A DNA stretch of 50,347 nucleotides, from NCBI GenBank assembly GCA_051746405.1, contig JBNJFB010000013.1, positions 1 to 50,347 on the forward strand. Direction: 5' to 3'. The stretch is from Campylobacterota bacterium (GTDB lineage Bacteria > Campylobacterota > Campylobacteria > Campylobacterales > Arcobacteraceae). Each line of letters begins with the position of its first letter. Within the stretch, counting starts at the first letter, position 1. Positions 20,154 through 29,703 of this stretch are shown one piece after another. The translations under genes were made by a program, and so were the position numbers. The notes beneath the pieces were generated by a model, which was given only the letters and a program-made list of their open reading frames with translations, made no database searches and was not told the origin of the DNA.

Positions 20154-20435
20154 ATGAAAAATAAAAAGATGTCATTAGCAGGTGTTATGTTAGGTGCAGC
20201 ACTTACAACAACAAGTGCATTTGCAGGTTCACATGGAGGATGTGGTTCTTCTAAATGTGGAAATGAAACAAAGAAAAAAGTAGAGAAAAAAGGAGCTTGT
20301 GGTTCTTCTAAGTGTGGTGCTGATACAAAAGCACAAGAAAAACTAAAAGATAAGGCAAAGTGTGGAAGTGATACAAAGAGTAAAGCACAAGAGAAGAAAG
20401 CAACAGGAGCTTGTGGTTCTGGTAAATGTGGGTGA
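20154..20435 (+). CDS. Cys-rich RiPP precursor (HvfA/oxazolin- or bufferin-like) with Sec signal peptide
   Basis: Signal peptide ending SAFA; 7 Cys in GGCGSSKCG, GACGSSKCG, AKCG and GACGSGKCG; directly upstream of DUF692. Confidence 0.88.
   Translation: MKNKKMSLAGVMLGAALTTTSAFAGSHGGCGSSKCGNETKKKVEKKGACGSSKCGADTKAQEKLKDKAKCGSDTKSKAQEKKATGACGSGKCG
20241..20431 (+). repeat. Intragenic 20-bp repeats encoding the CGS(S/G)KCG cores
   Basis: tgtggttcttctaaatgtgg (20241-20260), tgtggttcttctaagtgtgg (20298-20317), tgtggttctggtaaatgtgg (20412-20431). Confidence 0.9.
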
Positions 20436-20453
20436 AATGGAGAAGATGAATAG

Positions 20454-21275
20454 ATGATAGATATAAAAGGTTGTGGATTAGGACTTAGAAGTGATTTTTT
20501 GCTTGATTTAAAAAACCATGAGTTTAGACCTGATTTTTGGGAGATTACTCCTGAAAACTGGATGAATATGCCAAAAATATTCAAAGAAGATTTTGAGCAA
20601 GCAGTTTCACAAAGACCTACCATAGCCCATGGTCTATCTTTATCAATTGGTTCTGTTGACAAACTAAATAAAAAGTTTGTCAAGCAGATGAAAGAGTTTT
20701 TAGATAGATACAATATAGAGTATTACTCTGAGCACCTTAGTTTCTCTTCACTTGATAATAAACAGTCTTATGAGTTACTACCTGTACCTATGACAAAAAA
20801 GATGGTTGAGGTTATAAGTGATAGAATAAAAGAGGTTGAGGATATTACTCAAAGAAACTTAATACTTGAAAATGCCACATACTACTTAGTACCATATAGT
20901 GAAATGAAAGAGACAGATTTTATAAATGAAGTTTTAGAAAAATCTGGTGCAAAAATGCTTCTTGATGTGAATAATGTATTTGTAAACTCAATAAATCATG
21001 GCTTTAAAGCAAGAGAGTTTATAGATGAAATAGATACAAGTAAAGTAGCATATATGCATATGGCAGGACACTATTTTGATAAAGAGTTTGATATGAGGAT
21101 TGACTCCCATGGAATGCCAATAGAAAGTGGTGTATATAAACTTCTGCAATATACTCTAAAACAAGCAAATGCTCCAATTTTGCTAGAAAGAGATAATAAT
21201 ATTCCCCCTTTAGATGAATTAATCACAGAGTATAAGCAAATAGAAAAGATTTATAAAGAGGCACAAAATGGCTAA
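20454..21275 (+). CDS. DUF692 multinuclear non-heme iron oxidative enzyme (MNIO; HvfB/BufB/MbnB family)
   Basis: GLGLR, EITPENW, HGLSLSIG, YSEHLSF, LEN, LLDVNNVFVN, HMAGH, IDSHG, LLERD. Confidence 0.93.
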   Translation: MIDIKGCGLGLRSDFLLDLKNHEFRPDFWEITPENWMNMPKIFKEDFEQAVSQRPTIAHGLSLSIGSVDKLNKKFVKQMKEFLDRYNIEYYSEHLSFSSLDNKQSYELLPVPMTKKMVEVISDRIKEVEDITQRNLILENATYYLVPYSEMKETDFINEVLEKSGAKMLLDVNNVFVNSINHGFKAREFIDEIDTSKVAYMHMAGHYFDKEFDMRIDSHGMPIESGVYKLLQYTLKQANAPILLERDNNIPPLDELITEYKQIEKIYKEAQNG

Positions 21276-21963
21276 GGTAGAAAGAGAAGTTGAAGATAGA
21301 TTTTTTGATATTATCACAAACCAAGCTAATAACCCAACTTCAAATGCATATAAAGTCTATCAAAAATTAGTTTTTATGAGATATGAAGAGATTATAAACA
21401 ATACCTTTCCTCAGTTTATAAAGCACATATCAAAAGAAGAGCTTGATAAGAGTATATATTTATTTATGAAAAATCCGCCTTCAACACCTTTTGTATGGCA
21501 AATAGCAAATGACTATAGAAAGATGGTAAAAAAAGAAAAACTTTTTAATGATAGAAAATATCTTTATGATTTATTATATATTGACTGGATTGAAGTTGAG
21601 ATTTTGATGAAAGAGTATGACTTTAAAAAAGCAAAAAAGTTTTCTTGGAAACAAAGCTATAAAATCTCACCTAGTGCAAGAGTTAAGACTTTAAAGTATG
21701 ATGTTTTAAATGAAGATTTTGAAAATAAAACCAATAATCCAATTGTGGTATATTATGACTTTTCAAATGATGAGGTTATATTTCGACATATAAATGACTT
21801 TTTGTACCTTTTATTAAAAAAACTTAATAAAAAAGATACAACACTACAAAAAACACTTAGAATACTATGCAAAGAGAATGATATAGATTTAAAAAAAGCA
21901 AAAACTATACTAAAACAACCAATTTTAGAACTTATTGAAAATAGAGTCTTGATTTTTAAATAG
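21268..21963 (+). CDS. DUF2063-like MNIO partner protein (HvfC/BufC-like)
   Basis: N-terminal YKVYQKLV...INNTFP...F...P pattern; overlaps the DUF692 gene by 8 nt in the canonical position. Confidence 0.78.
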   Translation: MAKVEREVEDRFFDIITNQANNPTSNAYKVYQKLVFMRYEEIINNTFPQFIKHISKEELDKSIYLFMKNPPSTPFVWQIANDYRKMVKKEKLFNDRKYLYDLLYIDWIEVEILMKEYDFKKAKKFSWKQSYKISPSARVKTLKYDVLNEDFENKTNNPIVVYYDFSNDEVIFRHINDFLYLLLKKLNKKDTTLQKTLRILCKENDIDLKKAKTILKQPILELIENRVLIFK

Positions 21964-22000
21964 TATCTATTTATATAACTATATTAAAGTATGATTATAG

Positions 22001-23356
22001 CTATAAACTTTTAAAGCAATACTTTTTTAACATACTATTTGTATAGTAGTATGCAAATATTGCAGCAGAGTATATAACTATAAGAACTCCTACCCAAAGT
22101 GATGCAAAGCTCATTTCAAAATATTTTACTATGAAATATGCAACTATAACTTTTGCAAAAATCTGTCTATATAGGGCTATATATAAAATCATATTAGGTT
22201 TTTTAATTCCTTGTAGAGTTGAAACAGATATAAATAAGACTATATATGCGTAAAAAATCCATATTTCAATTAGTAAGTAGTCCAGTCCAAAAGCTACTAC
22301 TATCTCATTGGAATCAAATTGTGAGATTATTAGCTTACCAAATATAGTAAGAACTATAATACCAAACGTAGATATCAAAAACCCATACTTCATAGCTGTT
22401 TTAATGGTCTCTACTACCCTATCATATTTTTTTGCTCCGTAGTTATTTGATACGAGTGTTAGTACAGCTGTATTTAGACCAAGAGCAGGTAGTAGCATAA
22501 TCTGTTCTACTCTAAATCCTATACCATAACCTGCAACTGCTTTCATACCATAATGCGAAACAAAATACGTAAGTATTAACGAACCAAAAGACATAATAAG
22601 CATATTTAAACTTGCAGGAACCCCTTGACTTAGGAAGTCCTTATACACTCTAATATCAGGTAAGAAATAGTCAAGTCTATCATACTTTATAATATTTGTT
22701 CTATTTACTTTGTATAAAAGATAAAACATATTTAGTATTTGTATTAGTACTGTAGATAGTGCAATACCTTGAATTCCCATTGGTGGTATAAATAAAAATC
22801 CATAAATAAAAAGTGGGTTTAATACTAAGTTTGCTACAAATCCAAATATTAAAGTATTTCTGAATGACTTAGTATCACCTTGTGCAACTAATATGGCATT
22901 TAGGGCAAAGTTTATCATAAAGAAAACACTGCCATAAAGTATGGGATTTATATAAGCAAGAGCATCATTTAAATACTCTTGCTTTGCACCAAGAAGTGTA
23001 AATATAGCAGGTGAGTATATAAGCCCTATTGTAGTAACTACTAGCCCTAAAAGAGGTACAAAAACTAAACCTTTTTGTGCATAAAGTGAAGCTAGTTTAT
23101 ATCTTTTTTTCCCAAACCAGTTTCCCACAAGTGCTGTTATAGCTGTTGAAAAACCATGACCAAAACCAATAATAGAAAAAAATATCATAAAAGATAAAGA
23201 TAAAGCTGCAACCGCTTGAGTTGAAATAAGCCCTGCATAAAAGGTATCAACAACATTATACATAGTATTAAAAAATATTCCAGTACTTGCAGGAATTGCT
23301 AATTGTCTAAGAAGTTTTGGTATCTCTTGTGTGGTTAAGTGGGTATTATGATTCAA
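22001..23356 (-). CDS. MATE family efflux transporter
   Basis: LAIPA, YNVVDTFYAG, GDTKS, LNPLFIYG, GIQGIALST; about 12 TM segments. Confidence 0.92.
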   Translation of the reverse strand: MNHNTHLTTQEIPKLLRQLAIPASTGIFFNTMYNVVDTFYAGLISTQAVAALSLSFMIFFSIIGFGHGFSTAITALVGNWFGKKRYKLASLYAQKGLVFVPLLGLVVTTIGLIYSPAIFTLLGAKQEYLNDALAYINPILYGSVFFMINFALNAILVAQGDTKSFRNTLIFGFVANLVLNPLFIYGFLFIPPMGIQGIALSTVLIQILNMFYLLYKVNRTNIIKYDRLDYFLPDIRVYKDFLSQGVPASLNMLIMSFGSLILTYFVSHYGMKAVAGYGIGFRVEQIMLLPALGLNTAVLTLVSNNYGAKKYDRVVETIKTAMKYGFLISTFGIIVLTIFGKLIISQFDSNEIVVAFGLDYLLIEIWIFYAYIVLFISVSTLQGIKKPNMILYIALYRQIFAKVIVAYFIVKYFEMSFASLWVGVLIVIYSAAIFAYYYTNSMLKKYCFKSL

Positions 23357-23386
23357 TATATTTATAAGTTAAATAGAAGGATTTTA

Positions 23387-24649
23387 TTATCCTTCTATTC
23401 TTATCATCATAGGTTTTTTAGTTACTACACTTGTATCTTCAAGTGTTTTTATAGCATCATTTATATCTTTTTCAACTGATGTATGTGTTGATAGTAAAAT
23501 ATGCGCTGTCTTTTTATCTATTGGTTTTTGAATCATTTTTTCAATAGAGATATTTCTATCTCCTAAGATATTAGAAACTTCAGCTAAAACCCCTGCTTTA
23601 TCTTCGACTGTAAGTCTTAAATAGTATTTAGTTCTGATTTTATCTTTTGGCATTAATGAAAGCTTTTCACTATTTGGAGTTTTAAATCCAAGCATTGGTG
23701 AGCCTTTACCACGTCTTGCCACATCAATAATATTTGCAATTACAGCAGAAGCAGTTGCATCTCCACCAGCTCCTGGACCATAATACATCGTCTCCCCTAC
23801 TTTATCACCAATTACAGAAACTCCGTTCATAACCCCATCAACCTTTGCAATCATTTCAGACTGTGAAATAAATACAGGATGAACTCTTAGTTCAATTTCA
23901 TTTTTTACTTTTTTTGCTATTGTAAGAAGTTTTATTGAGTAGTTAAACTCTTTTGCAAAAGCAATATCTTCAGGTTCGATATTTTCGATACCCTCAATTA
24001 AAATATCTTCAGGTTTTGCATCAATCCCGTATGCAATAGAACCTAAAATAAGTAGTTTATGAGCTGCATCAAAACCACCAACATCAAATGTTGGGTCAGC
24101 TTCTGCATAACCTAAGTCTTGAGACTCTTTTAAAATAGTATCGTAATCAACACCTTCATTTATCATCTTTGTTAGCATATAGTTACAAGTACCATTCATA
24201 ATACCTCTAATTGTATCTATATTATTTGCTGTTAGTCCTTCTCTTAGGGCATTAATAATTGGAATACCACCTGCAACGGCTGCTTCATACTCAAAAGCTG
24301 TATTTCCAGATATCTCTTGAAGTTCATATCTATGGTAAGCAAGAAGTGCTTTGTTTGCAGTAACTACAGCTTTACCTTTTTCAAGTGCTTTTTTTACTAC
24401 TTCATAAGGCTTTTCAATACCACCCATAAGCTCAACTACAATATCAATAGAGTCATCTTCTAAAACTTCATCAATATTATCTGTTAGCTTTATTTGAACA
24501 TCTCTTTTTTTATTTAAGTTTGATACAACCCCTATTGTAGGCTCAATTTCAACACCAGCTCTTGCTGTTATAATATCTTTATTATCTTTTAAAATATTTG
24601 CAACACTACTACCTACTGTTCCTACACCTATTATTCCTACTTTTAACAT
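23387..24649 (-). CDS. hom: Homoserine dehydrogenase with C-terminal ACT domain
   Basis: GVGTVG, VVTANKA, EAAVAGGIP, NGTCNY, GYAEADP, GPGAGG, ACT EDKAGVLA. Confidence 0.96.
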   Translation of the reverse strand: MLKVGIIGVGTVGSSVANILKDNKDIITARAGVEIEPTIGVVSNLNKKRDVQIKLTDNIDEVLEDDSIDIVVELMGGIEKPYEVVKKALEKGKAVVTANKALLAYHRYELQEISGNTAFEYEAAVAGGIPIINALREGLTANNIDTIRGIMNGTCNYMLTKMINEGVDYDTILKESQDLGYAEADPTFDVGGFDAAHKLLILGSIAYGIDAKPEDILIEGIENIEPEDIAFAKEFNYSIKLLTIAKKVKNEIELRVHPVFISQSEMIAKVDGVMNGVSVIGDKVGETMYYGPGAGGDATASAVIANIIDVARRGKGSPMLGFKTPNSEKLSLMPKDKIRTKYYLRLTVEDKAGVLAEVSNILGDRNISIEKMIQKPIDKKTAHILLSTHTSVEKDINDAIKTLEDTSVVTKKPMMIRIEG

Positions 24650-24657
24650 CGTTATTC

Positions 24658-25872
24658 CTATTTTTCTAAAGATTTTAAATATTTTTTTATATTTTTCGCT
24701 GCTTGTCTTATTCTTTTTTCATTCTCAATTAGAGCAATTCTTACATAATTATCTCCATATTTACCAAAGCCTACACCAGGACTTACTGCAACTTTTGCTT
24801 GGGTTAGTAGCTGTTTAGAGAACTCCATACTTCCTAAGTGTTGAGCACATTTTGGTATTTTTGCCCAAATAAACATAGATGCACTAGGAGTATTCATATG
24901 CCAACCTGCATCTGCAAATGCACTTATCATAACATCTCTTCTTTTATGATACTTTTCAATATGCTCATCCACACACTCTTGTGGTCCATCAAGTGCAACA
25001 GTTGCAGCAACTTGAATTGGTGTAAACATACCATAGTCAAGCCATGATTTTATTCTTTTTAGTGCCCCCACAAGCTTTTCATTACCTGTGATAAAACCTA
25101 CTCTCCATCCTGCCATATTATATGACTTTGATAGAGTAAAAGACTCAACAGCCACATCAAGTGCACCCTTTGTTTGAAAAATAGATGGAGTTTTATATCC
25201 ATCAAAAGTAATATCTGCATAAGCAATATCAGAGATGATATAAAATCTCTCTTTTTTAGCCATGTCAACAAGCCTTTGGTAAAACTCAGGTCTAACAGTG
25301 GCACAAGATGGATTATGTGGGAAGTTTACAACCACATATTTTACTTTTGGAATTGATTCATCAACTGTTTTTTGTAGTCTTTGGAAAAATAGCTCTTCAT
25401 CAACTTTATACTCATCATCAAAGCTAAGTTCAAACTTATGAATAGCTGCACCACTTAGCATAAAAGCGTATGAATGAATTGGATAAGTTGGGTCTGGAAC
25501 TACTGCAACATCACCTACATTTACAATAGCTTGAACTAAGTGAACATAACCCTCTTTTGAACCCATAGTAGCAACTGCGTGTTTATTTGGATCAAGATAA
25601 TCAACACCATACTTTCTTTTATACCAGTTACAAATAGCTAATCTTAGTTTATAAATTCCTGCACTTGCACTATAGCCATGATTTTTTGGTTTTTGAGCAG
25701 CTTGTGTTAGCTTATCTATGATGTGTTGAGGAGCTGGTCCATCTGGGTTACCCATAGAAAAATCTATGATATCCTCCCCTCTTCTTCTAGCTTCCATTTT
25801 TATTTCATTAACTTCTGCAAATACATAATTTGGAAGTCTTTTCATTCTTTCAAACTCAATTTCTGGGAACAC
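24658..25872 (-). CDS. Class I/II PLP aminotransferase (AlaC/LL-DAP aminotransferase-like)
   Basis: RLPNYVF, MGNPD, GSKEG, NFPHNP, DIAY, SKSYNMAGWRVG. Confidence 0.88.
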   Translation of the reverse strand: MFPEIEFERMKRLPNYVFAEVNEIKMEARRRGEDIIDFSMGNPDGPAPQHIIDKLTQAAQKPKNHGYSASAGIYKLRLAICNWYKRKYGVDYLDPNKHAVATMGSKEGYVHLVQAIVNVGDVAVVPDPTYPIHSYAFMLSGAAIHKFELSFDDEYKVDEELFFQRLQKTVDESIPKVKYVVVNFPHNPSCATVRPEFYQRLVDMAKKERFYIISDIAYADITFDGYKTPSIFQTKGALDVAVESFTLSKSYNMAGWRVGFITGNEKLVGALKRIKSWLDYGMFTPIQVAATVALDGPQECVDEHIEKYHKRRDVMISAFADAGWHMNTPSASMFIWAKIPKCAQHLGSMEFSKQLLTQAKVAVSPGVGFGKYGDNYVRIALIENEKRIRQAAKNIKKYLKSLEK

Positions 25873-25876
25873 TTTC

Positions 25877-26692
25877 TTACTCCTTAACTATTCTAATACC
25901 TCTTTTTAAATTAGATAGAGAAAATAGATCATCTATTTTTAGATATTTTGCACTATCTGGCACATCTAATGTTATATTTTTATAAATCTTATTATCTTTT
26001 AAAATTTTTAAAATATTAAAGTCTCTATCATAAAAAACAATATATGGATGCCACCTATTTCCATACTTTGATGCCACTCTTAAACTATTAGTTCTATTGT
26101 CAAGTCTTATAAAATAAGGCTCAAATGGCTTTTTTAAATCTATGCTATTTTTATAATACATATTATTTGCATTTGGTAGCAGACTATTTGTGAAGTCTAT
26201 CTTATACAAATAACTATACTCTCCCTCTTTTATTATCTTAATTATTTTACTATTTGTAGCTGCTAATAGTTTTGATAATCTAAGAGGGTTTATGGCGGCT
26301 TGTGTTTTTAAATCTATATTCCATAAGTAAAGATTACTTTTAGTATTGGCACTTTTTGTAAAATAGTAAAAGTAACCTAATGATTTTAGACTATCTTCCA
26401 AGATAAAAAGAGCTTTTTTATAGTTTCCTATAATTTCAAATTTAATATCTAAATTTACCTGCTTAGGATACTCTAAATTTAAAAGATTATTCTCTTGAAG
26501 TTTTTGGGATACTAAATAGTAGTTTAATCTATCTTGTGTATAGAATCTTTGTTCATTTGTAAAAATAAAATTAATTAAATTTTCATGCATAGAAAAAGTC
26601 TCTTCACCAAGCATATTTTTCAATTGTGTTTTTAAATCTGCATTTGCATTTAGTATTAAAAACAGAGAGATTAAAACTACTTTTTTTATCAT
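25877..26692 (-). CDS. Exported hypothetical protein
   Basis: 271-aa ORF with signal peptide, tightly packed in the rlmB-aminotransferase-hom run; no motif recognised. Confidence 0.7.
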   Translation of the reverse strand: MIKKVVLISLFLILNANADLKTQLKNMLGEETFSMHENLINFIFTNEQRFYTQDRLNYYLVSQKLQENNLLNLEYPKQVNLDIKFEIIGNYKKALFILEDSLKSLGYFYYFTKSANTKSNLYLWNIDLKTQAAINPLRLSKLLAATNSKIIKIIKEGEYSYLYKIDFTNSLLPNANNMYYKNSIDLKKPFEPYFIRLDNRTNSLRVASKYGNRWHPYIVFYDRDFNILKILKDNKIYKNITLDVPDSAKYLKIDDLFSLSNLKRGIRIVKE

Positions 26693-26703
26693 TTTATCTT
26701 ACT

Positions 26704-27393
26704 TTACTTTTTGAGATTGTATATTAAAATACCAGCTGCAACTGATACATTTAGTGAGTTAAAATCATTTTGCATACCAATTGAAACCTTTAGATCAAGT
26801 TTATTTATTACTTTTTTAGATATACCCTCACCCTCACTTCCTAAAAATAGAGCAACTTTATCTTCTTGTGTTATTTTTCCATATTTTTTAAGGTCAGTGC
26901 CATTCATTGTAGCCCCAATAAGTGCAAAACCAGACTGATGTAGCTCATTTGCCAAATCTGAACATCTAGGATAGATAGTAAAAGGCATATCAAGCATAGT
27001 ACCTGAGCTTGTTCTTACTATTCCTTGATTATTTAAAGTTTTAACATTTGAAGCTACAACTGCTTCAACACCAAGTGAGTAAGCTGTTCTAATAATAGCC
27101 CCAATATTCCCCACATCTGTTACACCATCTAAAACCAATATAAAATTACAATCTTTTATATCTTTTATATCTGTGTATTCGTACTCTTTTAGCTTTAAAA
27201 AGAAGCCTTGGTGATTACCACCTTTTGATAAGCTTTGTGCTTTTTTATTATCAAGACGTTCTATTTTTTTGCCTAGTTTTAAAAACTTAGAGAAGATTTT
27301 ACTATCAATCTCTTTAGAGAACATTACATTTTCAACAAGTTCAGGATGTTTTTCAAGTACATGCAGTACTATTTGTTTGCCATATATAATCAT
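26704..27393 (-). CDS. rlmB: 23S rRNA Gm2251 methyltransferase RlmB (SpoU/TrmH family)
   Basis: IYGK, NHQG, LDGVTDVGNIGAIIRTA, GSEGEG, SLNVSVAAGI. Confidence 0.9.
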   Translation of the reverse strand: MIIYGKQIVLHVLEKHPELVENVMFSKEIDSKIFSKFLKLGKKIERLDNKKAQSLSKGGNHQGFFLKLKEYEYTDIKDIKDCNFILVLDGVTDVGNIGAIIRTAYSLGVEAVVASNVKTLNNQGIVRTSSGTMLDMPFTIYPRCSDLANELHQSGFALIGATMNGTDLKKYGKITQEDKVALFLGSEGEGISKKVINKLDLKVSIGMQNDFNSLNVSVAAGILIYNLKK

Positions 27394-27433
27394 GACAAGA
27401 TTTTACCTAAATGTTGTTAATAAAACTCTTTAA

Positions 27434-28243
27434 CTATTTTATCAACTCTTCATAGATATCTTTTGTTTTTTTCCCTGTAAGTTTTGAAAGAAGTTTTGCT
27501 TTTTCTTTAGGAGCTATTTTTAAAGAGTTTATATCATCATAAGTAATAGCATCACCTTCATAAGTAGTTGGTTCAATTACTACTACCCACTCACCTTTTA
27601 TTTGTTTATCTTTTAATTTATCATATAAGTTTTTTGCACTATCTTTATAAGATTTTTGATAGAGCTTTGAAATCTCTTTTACTAAAAATATAGTTCGATT
27701 TTCATCTAGTATTGAAAGCTCTTGCAAAAGCTTTATAAGTCTATGGGGTGATTCATATAAAATACCTAAATGCTGACTATTTAAAATAGTATTCAATTTT
27801 GAGTTTCTTTGAGAACCTTTATGTGGTAAAAAACCATGAAAGGTAAAAGTTGTATTTGTAAAACCACTCATAGCATAAGCTGTAAGTACTGCATTTGCAC
27901 CTGGTATTACATCATAGTTTATGCCGTTTTCTAAACAGTATTGAACCAAACTAGCTCCTGGGTCTGATACGCAAGGCATTCCAGCATCACTTACATAAAC
28001 TATATTTTTACTAAAAGTTGATTTATCAAAAGATTTTAAGACTGAAGTTTCATTGTGGGAATGAAAAGATTTGAACTCTTTATTTTCAAAAGATACGTTG
28101 TATTTTGTCTCTAAAAGATTTAGTAGTTTTTTTGTGACTCTTGTATCTTCACAAAGTATTAAGTTGGCATTTAACAACGCCTCAATAGACCTTGAAGAGA
28201 TGTCCTCAAGGTTACCTATTGGAGTTGGAACAAAAGTTAGCAC
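27434..28243 (-). CDS. rsmI: 16S rRNA C1402 2'-O-methyltransferase RsmI
   Basis: PTPIGNLEDIS, CEDTR, VSDAGMPCVSDPG, YESPHR, KGEWV. Confidence 0.95.
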   Translation of the reverse strand: MLTFVPTPIGNLEDISSRSIEALLNANLILCEDTRVTKKLLNLLETKYNVSFENKEFKSFHSHNETSVLKSFDKSTFSKNIVYVSDAGMPCVSDPGASLVQYCLENGINYDVIPGANAVLTAYAMSGFTNTTFTFHGFLPHKGSQRNSKLNTILNSQHLGILYESPHRLIKLLQELSILDENRTIFLVKEISKLYQKSYKDSAKNLYDKLKDKQIKGEWVVVIEPTTYEGDAITYDDINSLKIAPKEKAKLLSKLTGKKTKDIYEELIK

Positions 28244-28252
28244 AGTGTTGTA

Positions 28253-28456
28253 CTATTTGTTCATATTATATTTAGCTTTAAACTTCTCAACTCTACCAGC
28301 AGCATCAACAATTTTTTGCTCACCTGTAAAGAATGGATGACAAGCTGAACAAATATCAATTCTTAATGTATCAACATTTGACTTTGTTTCAAAAGTATTT
28401 CCACAAGCACAACTTACTGCACAAGTTTTGTAATCTGGATGGATATCTTTTTTCAC
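28253..28456 (-). CDS. rpmE: 50S ribosomal protein L31 (zinc-binding type)
   Basis: [31 protein letters not shown] at 28456 fits the RBS spacing better than the ATG at 28462. Confidence 0.95.
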   Translation of the reverse strand: MKKDIHPDYKTCAVSCACGNTFETKSNVDTLRIDICSACHPFFTGEQKIVDAAGRVEKFKAKYNMNK

Positions 28457-28543
28457 GCTCATTTCCTTATTTTGGTTAATGTAAAATAAAAGATCAAGTC
28501 CTAATGTTGTCCTTTATTAAACTCTTGTAAGGCTGGATTATAT

Positions 28544-29416
28544 CTAAAAAACCTTAAGTATTTCTGATTTTAAGTTTTCTATAATATTAGATATTTGCAT
28601 TTGATTAAATTGTCCCTTATTAAAGGTATTCTGTCTCTTTGCTAGTTTTGCTGTATTTATGGAGATTTTCTCTTCAAGCTCTTGCTTTGTAAATTTTCCA
28701 TCAAGATATTGCAAAGTCTCAGCTATACCAATAGAGCTCATGCAGTTGGGTTCTCTTGTATATCTATTTTCTAAATAGATTACTTCATCTATTAAACCAT
28801 CTTTTATCATCTGTTTTGTTCGCAGGGCTATTCTTTTTCTTAATTCCTCTCTATCCCATAGGATTTCAAAAAGTTTAATATCTTTTGCTATTGGTACTTT
28901 TGGATTTTCTTTAAAGTATTGTGTGGGGGATTTATTTGTTTGTTTATAGATACTATATGCTTTTTGAATTCTATACTTATCATTTTGTGATATATTTTGC
29001 ATATACTCTTTATCAAGAGAGTATAAAAGCTCATAAGCCTCATTTAAACTTATATCTAGCTTTACATCTTTTGTAAGTCCTGTGGAAATACCATCAATCA
29101 AAGCTTTAAGATAGAAGCTTGTACCCCCTACTATTATTAAATTTTTATTATTTTCTTTAGCATAGTTTTTTGCTTTTTTATAAAGCTTGATAAACTGCAT
29201 CACATCAAAAACTTCATTAGCATAGACTTCATTAATACCAAAATGCTTTATATCGCTCATTTCACTAGGCGTAGGTTTTGCAGAGGCTATATCTATATGT
29301 TTGTAAACACTTAATGAATCAAGCGATAAAATAATAGAGTTTGTCTTAGATGCAATATCTAAAGCCAAAGAAGTTTTACCTGATGCTGTTGAACCTATAA
29401 TTGCAACTTCAGTCAT
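28544..29416 (-). CDS. miaA: tRNA dimethylallyltransferase
   Basis: GSTASGKT, SLDSLSVY, IASAKP, VGGTSFY, SIG, LAKRQNT. Confidence 0.95.
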   Translation of the reverse strand: MTEVAIIGSTASGKTSLALDIASKTNSIILSLDSLSVYKHIDIASAKPTPSEMSDIKHFGINEVYANEVFDVMQFIKLYKKAKNYAKENNKNLIIVGGTSFYLKALIDGISTGLTKDVKLDISLNEAYELLYSLDKEYMQNISQNDKYRIQKAYSIYKQTNKSPTQYFKENPKVPIAKDIKLFEILWDREELRKRIALRTKQMIKDGLIDEVIYLENRYTREPNCMSSIGIAETLQYLDGKFTKQELEEKISINTAKLAKRQNTFNKGQFNQMQISNIIENLKSEILKVF

Positions 29417-29424
29417 TAAGTACC

Positions 29425-29625
29425 CTACTTTCTTTTATCATCTTTACACTCTTCAAGTTTTTTTGAGAGTTCATTTATCTTCTTCTCTTTTTTCATTAGG
29501 TCATTTATCAAACCTGAAACATCATCTTTGCTAGATGCCAAAACATCATCTTGTGATTTTGTACTACACCCAGCAAATACTAGGGATATAAATAAAATAA
29601 ATACTATAGTTGTTAATTTTCTCAT
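29425..29625 (-). CDS. Small lipoprotein with coiled coil
   Basis: Hydrophobic leader with FAGC lipobox and a charged helical tail. Confidence 0.7.
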   Translation of the reverse strand: MRKLTTIVFILFISLVFAGCSTKSQDDVLASSKDDVSGLINDLMKKEKKINELSKKLEECKDDKRK

Positions 29626-29703
29626 ACTTTCTCTTTTTGTTTTACAAATTTTAGCAAAAGTTTATTAATCTAATATTTTAATTATTTAGATAAAATCTCA
29701 TTT

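Noticed and set aside
20241..20431. 20-bp repeats with intervening unique sequence as a mini-CRISPR
   Set aside because: Irregular spacing (57 and 114 nt), all in frame within a coding precursor, no cas genes
19880..20713. 277-aa minus-strand ORF with PHLEEPQAP repeats
   Set aside because: Antisense shadow of yceI, the RiPP precursor and DUF692; the repeats are the reverse complement of the CGSSKCG codons
22001..23356. MATE transporter as exporter of the RiPP
   Set aside because: Convergent orientation, continuous with the hom operon, and the precursor has its own Sec signal; the link is unsupported
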